Source of the DNA: Ophelia neglecta
Taxonomy: Eukaryota
DNA: 64,000 nucleotides
Direction of reading: 5' to 3'
NCBI GenBank assembly: GCA_965285935.1
Contig: OZ260661.1
Span: 26,598,001 to 26,662,000 of the forward strand
The notes beneath the pieces are model-generated. The model was not told where the DNA came from. It was given only the letters and a program-made list of their open reading frames with translations, and ran no database searches. A program made the translations under genes and the position numbers. Positions 35,204 through 46,967 of this stretch are shown here, piece by piece (position 1 is the stretch's first letter; each line of letters begins with the position of its first letter).

Positions 35204-35670
35204 TTAATTATATTCTTAAACATTACTTAATTATTTTCGGTATATCATTTTCACTTCACTTGCATTCAACAATGAAGAAAACTGATATATTGAGATAATT
35301 GTGACATTTAATGCCTTTCAACTAGTTGTTCGTATTGTGATTTGACGTTCATTATGACGAGATATTCACATTTGAATGATATAAGATATAGATCATATAT
35401 TACATTAACGTTTGAATTAATGAAAAACTCTAGATGGCAATCACATTTATATTAAATCATTGAATCCCTTGTAGTAAGGTCATTATATTAAATGTCGTTA
35501 ATACGTTCATATTCGGTTACTTATTAACACTTATCTAACTGAGGATTTAGTTCGAGTCTGCATTTGATCTCTCTATGTAAACATGGACCAATTTTGATAG
35601 TCGGATATTCTAGATCTGTCATTTTAGTTTTGCTCCTGTTCATCCTTTTTTTTCTGTATTCTTCTTTGTC

Positions 35671-36910
35671 AGCGAAAGCAAATAAAATTGAGTAGCATTT
35701 CTACTTATCTAACTTTTGGTCAAACTTTGCGAACGAATAGCATGAAAACTCACCGCTAGAGACTTGCTGATTAGCTCAAATTATCTTCTTTCTTAATGCA
35801 CAAGCGAGACTGAGAAAGAAGCCATGGAAAATCTTTGAAATGGACTGATAGTAGCGAAAATGTTTTTTCCATTGCTTATTTTTGCCATAACATTCAAGTA
35901 TTATACACATAGTGTTTTTGTACATACCGACAAAAATCTTTTAATAAGAATGTGACAAAAAAGGGAGGATGAAGCATTCAATTCTTATTGGTCCCCTTAA
36001 ATATACGTTTGAATATGATTTGATTACAGCATAGTACGGTTAGGTCTATGAGTAGTAGCAGATGTATTTAAGTACGTTCTACATGGTAACAGCTTAAACA
36101 ATGGAAACAAGAAAAAACGCCAAATGACGGTTAATAAACATACATACACAATATACACACTCACACACACACAATTGACATGTGAAAATAATAAAATCTA
36201 TAATTATCTGAATCGACTACATATTACAGTTTATTGGATGCTAGTTTCTAATAGTAATTTCTTTAAAGTTTGCTTAAAAGTTGACAAGGAGCAGTTGAAA
36301 TCAACAGTATTACAGAGAGAATTATATATATAATATATTATTATAACAAATTTATTGTAACAATAAATGCATTTCTTGTTTTCATGGGAGTATTTTGTTT
36401 TGATAACAGTTATATTACCTATTGTACACACATGCCATTCTATGCTACATTATACTGGTACAACCAGCCTTAAGGTAATTAGCTATGCAGACTAAACTAT
36501 TGTGACAAAGGGGTGAAGGTGGCAAAGCCATTGACTGGATAATGGGCCAGCCCAGAAGCAGCCATGCGGACCAAAGCTGGCCAGTTCTACAGACTATCTG
36601 CCTTTCAGCGAGCTTCACTCTTACCAGATAGGTGTGTTTGGAAACACCCTCCCACCCACCCCCGTCATCATCCATCAGTACTTATATATTGTTGTGGGTT
36701 TTCCCCCACCTTTGTAAATTGCCTAATGTTAATTTCAATATATAACCATTTCAACACAAACATGCGTTGGGTCTTGTTCAATTTACAAATGAACTTCTAA
36801 GTGACGGACATGCAAAATAAGAAATATATATTATATATACTGATAATAGCAAAAAGGTTTTTTTTCACACAGCAATAAAGATAATTAACTTTACGAGAAG
36901 GTTTTTTGTC
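35671..36910. mobile_element. 1.24-kb segment unique to spacer 2-3, containing a probable CR1/L2-type LINE 3' remnant on the minus strand (~36231-36340)
   Basis: Absent from the other spacers and bounded by a TTTGTCA direct repeat. Minus-strand YNSLCNTVDFNCSLSTFKQTLKKLL resembles the WNSLP...SL..FK..L C-terminus of CR1/L2 ORF2. Confidence 0.45.
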
Positions 36911-39900
36911 ATTAAGTCTGTGTTAATGCAGCAACTGCATTATATGCACAAAGGCAGCGATGAAGGTAAGTTTGAATGGAGTAAAATAAAGTAATTCAAT
37001 TTTCGATGACATCATGTTTTACCTATAAAAGTTTGTACTCTTTGGTGTTCATCAGACAAATTATTTATATAGTTATTACGTGCTTTTTATTTACAAATGC
37101 TTATTCATTATTATTGACTATCTAAGACTAATCTTTTTCGATTTTTCTTCAACTAAGTTTTTAACTTTTCTGATACATCTTAATGGACCTCTGAAATAAT
37201 AAGTTTGCTATGTCTGCCAGGTAACATATCACTTCTTTTACCTGATGCCGATGCTAGTTCAAGCCCTATGGTCAGTTTAACCAAAATATTTATTTGTGTA
37301 GAATGCCCTTTGATATCGAACGTCGACCTTTTTCTGGATAATAGACAATTTATCTCATTTATCTTATATGCCTGCTGTATTTGCCGATGAAAAGGAATAA
37401 TGGAAGGGGAACCCCAGTTTCCATGTACTTAAGAGATTTGGTAAACATTAAATTTACAGTGTATGTATGATGCGAATCGCAGTTTTGCATTCATATCACA
37501 CGGAGTTCCTACTACTAAGTGGCGTGAAATAGTAATATTTGTGAAGTAAACAATGAGTGTTATGCCTGAAATTCATATAAAACAACTATGTAACGTTCTT
37601 CGGACTCCTTCATTTACTAATGTACCCATACTGTGACATTACTTCGTATCTTTTATCTTCCCAGTTGCGAATCTGCCAATAGACCATAATAGACTGAAAC
37701 TTAAGAATAAAAGTACACGGTAGTTATTGTATGCAAAACCTGATAGTGCTCTTCAAATTTGGAAATTCCTTACTGGAATTGCCTATCATAAGCGATGTAT
37801 TACACGATACCGCCGAGGGCCAGGAAAGGCAGCTACGTTGAGTGTGCTCTTTTAGCAGTCAAATTAAATGATAAGGAGAGGGAGACATTAAAACATAAGT
37901 GAGCTACACTAACAACTACAAAACGGCAAAAATACCATATTCCAGTAAAATTAAGATTTCAGACCCAGGGGCACGAAATTTGCAAGCTAAAACGGACATT
38001 TTTCATATTCACAGGTAAGTACTCGACCAATTTGTGTAATATCACACCCGTATTTAGAACTTGTGGAATCGAATAAAGGGTTTCTTCCGATTGAGGAGAG
38101 TTAAAATAACTCATCTTTCTTTGGAGACATATATCTTTTAAGTAATCCCCTTTATTTACACGTACGTAATCTTACGTGTAGATCTTACCGGATGCATGAG
38201 CCACAGCTTCTCTGTTATCCTAAAGAGTCAAAATAACTTCAACTCTCATTAAAACTGCTCGTGTGTGGGTTCTAGTTGCCATTTTACAATACCTACGTGG
38301 CAAAAGACTGTATTGGCTTAGAGATATCAAAAAACGCTCATCCTAGGGCTATGATGCATTTGCTCATACTGATATAACATCTTAAGTTGCAGTTGCACGT
38401 GTTCACTCACAAGAGAAGCGTGACTGGTTCACTTAAATAGTTTACATCTTACTGCACTGTCGAGGAGATTTAATACTTCTTCTTTAACGTGCAAGGAATT
38501 TTACATCCTTCTCGTGTCTTGTGTTAACCGGAGTTCCAGTATCCAACGCTGTGCTGTCGGCGCTGTGGGAGATAATAGAATATCACTACGTTGCCCCGGT
38601 CGCAAGCCGCACCCGGTGTAGGGACCCTTTTTGGAGACAATTTCGTCATCAAAAGTCTTCATATTTGCAAGAGCGTGGACCATCATTGACTGTCCAAGGG
38701 CATATTTCACCTCTGTCCTACTTTGACCACTGATACGTTTATTTTGTGTTTCGACCCGCATCATGAAAAACAACTAACTACTTCTCGATGCAAGTGCTGC
38801 AAAATTAATGTTTTCATTCACTATTCTTTTTCAAATCCAGCATATTTACTAATTGAGGGCTAGACATTTATTCAATGGCTTCTGGTTCCTGGTGATTTCT
38901 GACCGATGTAATGGACTTTGATAGATTAATGATTTGGCTTTGTCTGCTGGATATCCAGTCCCGTTTTCTTACAATAGATTGTTCTCATAACTTAACAACA
39001 CAAATTAAAATCGCCGGCCTTCCCAGAATATGAACAAGTATATGGCGAAAAGAGATGCAGTTTTCTCATGGGTTCGGCATTAAATGATGTTTAGCAGTAG
39101 AATCTTGCTCGGTACAGTATGCTATTATACTTTTTGAGGTGAAGGTGAAGGCCGCCCGGATGGCTACAGGCTATAAGCCACCAATTTATACAGTTTTCAA
39201 TGGTGGCGATTATGAGAATCGTATTAATTCCTTACATTTCTAACGATTCGGGCCATTTGTTAACGTTGCTTCATCCAATGTCCACATGACATGAACAATT
39301 CAGGTAGGCTATTTATCAATTTTCTTTGGAGGCATAAATTTTTAAGTAATCCCCTTTATTTATACGTACGTAATCGGCCTATCACTCACAAGAGGGAAGC
39401 CAAACTTACTTAAAACTGCCGAAATATTCGCTTATGATGCATTTTCTTACATCTAAAAATAACACGTATATTACCCATTATAATCTACAATTAATGCATC
39501 AAAGCATTTGGCTACAATCATTAGTTTCTCAACGCAATATATTTATGGGCCTAGTTTCATATACACACAAATGTATGTTCATTTCGATCACTAGTTAATT
39601 AGCCATGACCAGGTAAATTAAGCTAGGGAAATGAATAAAGAATACAATTTTCCTTTAAACAAAAATGAATCTGTAAAGATGGCAGCCGGTTCAAATTCAA
39701 TAGTGTTTTTTTTTGGTACGTCCTGGGGTGCAAATTGTGTCATTATAAAAAAACACAGACATAACCTCATTATGACAATCGGCGTTAGTGATAAGTGGTC
39801 TGACTGACATCAAGTGTAATCAACTGACATCAACTGACATCCACTGTGGCCTGGTCCCATCTACTGATATGTGGTCTAACACCATCAACTACTAAGGATT

Positions 39901-41270
39901 CTCATCTTTTGTAACCAGCATATTTATTGAACAGGGTGTGGGTGCTTGTTGGCCTTGAGCTAACGGTTTCTGGGGTAAATGTTTCTGGGACTTCAGCCGA
40001 GCTTCCTACGGAGCGTTGTTTGTGGGCCTTCAGCTGATGTTCCAGATGATTTCGTGCTAATATCCTCTAGCACGTCAATGAAACGTAAAACGCACCGGAT
40101 TGCATTATCACCCAAATGATCACACCCTGCTCTGTTAGACCAGTGGATTAACTTTAATATTAAATTCAATGTCGTTTGCAGATGATACTTTTACTATATA
40201 TTATGTTGCATATTTTTTCTTATACATGTCGCCCTTCGTAAATGTGTATTTGTATGTGTTTGTTGTTTGCTAGTGGACACGTTACAATGGTTAAATGGTG
40301 CAGCTACCAACTCAAATAACGATACCTAAAAGCCTTGGCTGAAATATTCTTCTTCCCTATTTATTAAAAGCAGTTTCAATGATTCTTTCCATTAATGCCA
40401 ATTCTTTTAACAACTTAAAGATCCATGGTTAACGCTGAGTTCCATTTTCACATCAAATGTGGGGTAAAATCCCCTATAACCAAAGTCGTCACTAAAGATG
40501 CTCCTGAAAAGTGTCTTGATATGTTTCCCTTTTAAAAAGATAAAAAGGGGCTTGCTATTGCCGCAGAGCTGCTCTGTATCAGAAACACCATATATTATCT
40601 AAATATGAAATAATTAGAGGCATGTGTCATGTATCCGAAATTACACACTGTTTAATTGGGGGTGTAGGAGTTAGGGATTGTAGGACAAATAAACGACTAA
40701 TGGTTACAAAAATTGTTTTTGTAGAGGTATTTTTCCCAAATTTGGGGTGTGAGGGCGAAATAAATCAATATTGTGAAAACAACGAAATGCTTAGCTAATT
40801 AGGATTTCAAAAGACCCAAAAGACATGCTGAGTGCCAGAGGTACAGTATTCTAAAAGTCGATTCTGCAATTGTTTGTATCTCAGAAAACGAGAAAATTTT
40901 AATCTCAGTACTGTTAGATTCTATCATGTCTAATAAATCGTGAAGCGTAGGTTGAACGTAGGGCAAACGTGGAGACACGTCCTGCCCACACTAGGGGAGC
41001 GGTCATGATTTAATAAGGCTAGGGGAAGTGGCAATAAGTTAACAGGCCTCTCCACTAAATACTGATCAAAAATTTACAAACGCCTTGAATCAGAGGACCA
41101 AAATCATAGCCCCCCCCCCCCCATATCCCGAGCGCAACTACGCCTTTCCCAATTCTTAGTGGATAAGGGCAGTGTTTTATTGTATAAAACGTGTCTGACA
41201 CTATTACCTTAATTTTTTATTTTATCAGTATACACAATTTGCTGATTTTATCAATAAACTTTTAATACAC

Positions 41271-42600
41271 TTATTGGCTTGGTTTTGTTTCATTCATTGA
41301 TTTAATTGCCATGAAATATAACAATTTAGATATTAAAATATGACAACAGTAATGACAATTTTTTGAAACTTGAAGATGATCATCCCTCCGTTATATTATC
41401 TAATTAGCTGAAGCTGCCAACACACAAATAAAAATTGGGAAAGCTAACGCCATAGCATAAGAAACAGTTTGATGAGCTCTAATTATGTAACCAGATAATA
41501 TTAAATGAAATGCAAGCCTAAATTCTATGCCGAAAGCGATGGTAATAGTAATATGTATATGCCTCGTCTCTCACCCCGATTGTAAGAAACAAAACACAAT
41601 GACAATTAAAATTTATTATACTTTAGAATTTCAGCACACTTCAAAAATTACATAAACTAACTAAATAGAATATTCGTAAAACTTTGTAACATCACAAAAC
41701 AACAGTGGTTACAATCGAAGACAATCAAGACTATTATCCTCTATAAGTTTTGCTTATTACACTTCCGTATGACACTATAATGATTAGACATAACAAATTG
41801 CAATTAGAGGTATCAAAAAACTAGAAAGTTTGATTATAAAGTTAGAATGGTGTTAGCACAGTTCTTGTAGTAGGCCGTATTTCTATTGGCAACGAAATGT
41901 TCTGACAATTAGCGGTTAAATTGTCATATGATATGAGAAAGGGAGACAACAATTATAAGATAATTGATATAGAGTAATCTCTGATCATTACATCAGCAAA
42001 TCAGTAAGCTTTTATTAATATTTCAGTACAAGTTATAATTATGATATTTAATAAAGTGTTTATTATGTGAATTGATAATAACCAATTTACCAATTCTTTA
42101 CTGGGGCCATTTTGATACAGAACACTGAAACGTGAAGTTACATTTAATCAACCATCCCATCAAATTGTGTCGCTTCCATTACTCTACAATTGGAACGCTT
42201 CAATAACTGTTCAATCAATTCGTCTTTACGTTTTATATACAATGAGATACATAAGTGATACACTAGATTTATCGATACATTGGAACACTTTATTGTGTCT
42301 ATATTTTTAATAAGCAATTTATCAAATATATGGAACAACGAGGGAAATGTGCTGACAGTCATTTGGATAGCATGACATGCACTGCACTTTTTTTTCAGTT
42401 CCTAATTCAAATGTCGGGTTACATGACAGATTGTCATGTACAGTGTTGAACGCAGATAATACAATATTTTTAATTTTCAATCGTATTAGGCATTATATTT
42501 CAACTCAAAAGGAACAATCTGTTAAAATTTCGTACACATCACGACTAAAAATGTTATACAGCTTTTATTGCGAAACTTTATAACAAGAAAGGTGCACACA
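41271..42600 (-). pseudogene. Same putative LDLa-LRR-7TM relic in spacer 2-3 (B variant)
   Basis: Diverged homologue that reads MEATQFDGMVD*M*LHVS and FADVMIRDYSISII. Confidence 0.4.
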
Positions 42601-42977
42601 AAATTGTAAGACCAGAATTGCTAGTTTACAACAACTGAAAAAAATGATACATTTCAGCCACATGACGAGGGATTTAGTCCGGAAATAAATTCCCGTTAAT
42701 TTTCCAAATAAACACAATCAAAATTGGCAGAGACAAATTCATACGATATGTTTTTTCTCCAAAATAGGATACATTAATTGTTTGAAACGTGATTCAGGTT
42801 TTTGTCTATACATTCATAAAGACAGCCAATTGGACTTAATCTTATCTTTTACTTAATCTTATTTTTTACTGAATGGAAACTGAATCACAAATCAATGAAA
42901 TCACGATTTGATAAGTGGACACTACCGGCTAAAGACACTGCATACGAAGATTGAAAAGGAAATTGGGTTTAATCATA

Positions 42978-43204
42978 NNNNNNNNNNNNNNNNNNNNNNN
43001 NNNNNNNNNNNNNNNNNNNNNNNNNNNNNNNNNNNNNNNNNNNNNNNNNNNNNNNNNNNNNNNNNNNNNNNNNNNNNNNNNNNNNNNNNNNNNNNNNNNN
43101 NNNNNNNNNNNNNNNNNNNNNNNNNNNNNNNNNNNNNNNNNNNNNNNNNNNNNNNNNNNNNNNNNNNNNNNNNNNNNNNNNNNNNNNNNNNNNNNNNNNN
43201 NNNN
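42978..43204. other. N-run, 227 bp (195 bp at 56642-56836), at the position of the 3' UTR microsatellite
   Basis: Flanks match those of the 85-93 bp CT/CTGT-containing interval in copies 1 and 2. Confidence 0.75.
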
Positions 43205-46200
43205 TATTTTTTTCGGGTACACATTCGTACCCGAATTAGATACACCAATGGGTACATCACACTAGGAAAGGGCACTACCAGCCCCATAATCAACATTGAA
43301 GCTTTGACTGGCAACACGATACCTGCAAATACAGCTGATATCAATATAATTTCAAAAATTGTCTCACATAGAAAAGCACATATATTAAAACCAACGTACT
43401 TGAGAAAGAGCCATATGGCATTTGATTTTTGGTGTTGTCTCCGCCCATACTGTTGAACACGTTTTTCGGAAGATCGAATCAATTGGAGCGATAACCAAAT
43501 CATACGTAAAATTAGTAAACTGCATGTGATATAAAATAAAAGTACAACAGTGAGCAGTGGCAGTGTAGCCACAGACAAGCCCTGCATTGGAAACAGAAAA
43601 GAGCATGTGTCGGAGAGACCAGTATCGAATGTGAGATGAAGGAAGGGGACAAAGGTTAAGAGGGCTAAAAGGACAAAAATAGAAACAAAAAGTGTTGTTA
43701 GCAACAAAACCGCCGATGTTGTTGATGAGTACGCCTTCATACGAAGACCTAATAAGTAACCACGTAAGTTGCAAGCTAACATTCCTGTGCCTACACATTT
43801 AGAAACAAGATGCAAATACCCAGCAAGTAGGCATGTGACGTTCAGCGTTCTTCTGCTGTACTGGACAAAATACTTGTCCACGATGGTATGTCTAATGGAT
43901 AGCATTGCTAAATACCACCCAAACAACATATCAGACAAATGAATATATAAACGACTATAAACTAATAGCTTATTTTTAGATTTACTTGACTTCGAAATCA
44001 CTGTCAGGAGGCACGCAAGCGACAGTATTTGTATAACTAAGGCGTAGCTTATCGAAATTATATTAGTGGACATAACAAGCTGAGTTCCACACCAATCAAT
44101 CTGATCAATATGCCATTCGCATTCAAAACCTGGTAAACAGCACAAGAATGCGGAATCGGTTAACAGACTAAATTTCTCCTGTAATGAATCAGTCATTAAT
44201 ATCTTTTGAATGGGATTAAGCGAAACGTTAATAGAAATGAGATGGAATACACCTGTGCCAAAACTATCTAAACTGAATTTAGTCAAATGATTCTGCGAAA
44301 GATTTACGAAGGTTATACTTATAAGACCATCAAACGTGTCTTTAGGTAGGAAAACGAGTCTACAACTGGAAACATCCAATGTTCGCAGTCTATTGAATCG
44401 AAGGAAAGACAATGGACCTATGTGCCTTATCTTATTACCTCGCATGTTTAATATTGTTATTGTCTGAAATGCGTCGATGTCGCCTTTTCTTATGTACTCA
44501 AGCATATTATATGACGCATCCAAATACATCAGAGAATGAAAACGTGTAATATTTCGGGCTTGTATATGTTCCAATAGATTATCTGACAGTACTAAATTAA
44601 GAAGCGTGTGTCCATTGTCTAAACTGGGAAATTCTAACAGGCCTCCTTCTACTTTAAGGCTTTTATATCCCTGTATGTTTAATGTTTGGTTTGTTTGTCC
44701 GCAAATAGCTGCCGATCCCTTGCAAGTGCAGGATGTAGGACAAAGTGCTTGGTCACAATTTACTTCATCATCCCCATGCATAAGGCAATCTACCTTACCA
44801 TCGCAAATACTCATTTGATCAACACACGGACCATTTTTGCATTTCAAAAACCCCGGACATTGGTATTCTATATCCAAACATTCATTTTCGTCCTCACCAT
44901 TGGGACAGTCCCTAACTTTGTCACAAAGTCGTTTTATAGGAATGCAATAGGAGCCAGGACATTTATACATTTGTTGGCAATGCACCAATTCACAGCAAGA
45001 GAGATGTTCCCCATTTCGACAGTGTTTCAACACACCAGTTTCTGACAGGTCGTATACACATAAGGCATCGACATGATAACATTGTGGAAATATATTATGG
45101 CATCTGAACATCGTCTTGTCCGGGCATGCATATGGAGTCTGCGAATTTGCAGTCCTGTTCACAAAACCGAGCGCTGACTGCTCATCGTCCGGAGGATTGC
45201 AATCGGGCACCGTATCATTAACCAAAGACTTTGAAATGCTGATATTGCTACCAATACAAAGGAATTTGCCATCATATTTATTAGAGGCATTATACGGGTT
45301 CTCAGAAAGAGAAATCGCGAACGTGCAAAGTGCTTCATCCTCCCCTTCTTGACAATGAAACACATTATCACATACAAAATCCCAGGATATATAGCCTCCA
45401 GATTCACAATGAAAATCAAAAAAGCTACACTTACAGGTATCAGGTCGACAGAGTGAGCAGTCGGGTGACTGGTCGACCCATTTGGCCCATTCATCTTTAT
45501 AAAACTCATATCCTGGTGTTGAACATTCTTGACGATGGTTGATATTAACGCAAGTACCATCCCCACATGTGTATAGAGTGTCCGAGCATTTCAATGTTGC
45601 TTCCGAAGGTAGTAGGAGATCATAGTAGATGAAAGGACGACGACAAATATCCATCAGTTGGCCATGTACGCCAAAGTACCCTAAATAGTACAAGGTTTCA
45701 TTGTCAACCTGTATCTGGCATCCGGGATATTTGAATTTTATATCTTTAATAAGCTCATCAATTGCAGCTGTCGTTTCTGTGCTTAAACTGTTCATTGAAA
45801 CACGTTTAAAGCTGTTGTGGGCATAATAATAGGCGGATGTGAAGACTTTCATGCAGACTTCACCAATGTGTATCCATCTGCTATCGCACCGCACCTTTCC
45901 AGGGTAAATCGTGCCATTATAAACTGTCAATGTCGCGTTTTGAGACTTTGCTTTGATACGAATTGCGGTTGAAAGAACAGCAATCTTAAGATCGGCTGTT
46001 CCAGGCGCCTGAACACAAAATTCATGTGTAAGGTGTCGAAGTGATTTTATAATAGTTTTTTCCAACACAGGTAAAATTGGAACTCCATAAATATCGTCTT
46101 TATAAAATGACTTCGATAGACAGGCGAATCGTTTAACAGTGTTCACGTTCGGCTTTGGATAAAATGTATGCTGAGTCAATGGAGACGCATGGATCACGAT

Positions 46201-46524
46201 TATATTTTCTTGTTGGGGTGTGCTACGGCCAGGAAATTCACTCTGACATATATTTATGTTCATTATATACAGCTCATCGCAGTCTATTGATACCCAATCA
46301 AAATGGTTTGTCATCAGATTAAAAATGGCCATCGTACAATACCTGCCGGCCACTGGCTCTATTTTGCGTTTGGAATGAGAGAATAAATCTGCCAATGTCT
46401 GAAATTTCTCATTCAGAGTGTCGTTTTCAATAAATCTGCTTTCAAACTTCATATCCGCTTGATGTTGAACATTTGACCTGTACCAATTTGTGAAACTGAG
46501 CGGAAGGTTAGCCTTCCCATGGAG
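43204..46524 (-). CDS. Copy 3 exon 2 (CTLD C-half, LDLa, LRR, 7TM)
   Basis: Intact through ...VRMCTRKK. The last base of the stop codon falls in the N-run, so the track ORF runs on into X residues. Same length as copies 1 and 2. Confidence 0.88.
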
Positions 46525-46967
46525 CTGCAACAAGGGAAGTTAAATTATTCAAAACATACCTTAACGTCCTTTTACAAACGATATGATGGAAAGCAAATTG
46601 TCCTGGGCCTTTAATAATATTAAGATTATTTCCCATTCACGTTACAATCGTTAATATTTTGGTAAGATGTAACAGATAGAAAATCACTTTTTAACAGCAA
46701 TAAGTATATGGTAGAAAGTAGCGACTTTGCTCTGAGAGGAAAGGCTAGTGACTAAAAGATATGCCCAAAATTGCATCAATCAACAGCCGTCCATCGCATT
46801 AGCTATTTTTAATTCTATCCAGAATTTCCTGTCATTTTTCAAATTGTTTCCTCTAAGTGTGCCTTTGAGATTAGAGTTGTTGATTTATTAAAAATTTGGA
46901 ACGTATTAGATAGCCCAAAGCTAAAGATGAAATAAATAACACATATTTTTGAGAAAAACAATAATAC
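46525..46967 (-). other. Phase-0 GT-AG intron, copy 3
   Basis: AAG|GTATTA ... CCCTTGTTGCAG|CTC conserved. Confidence 0.85.
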
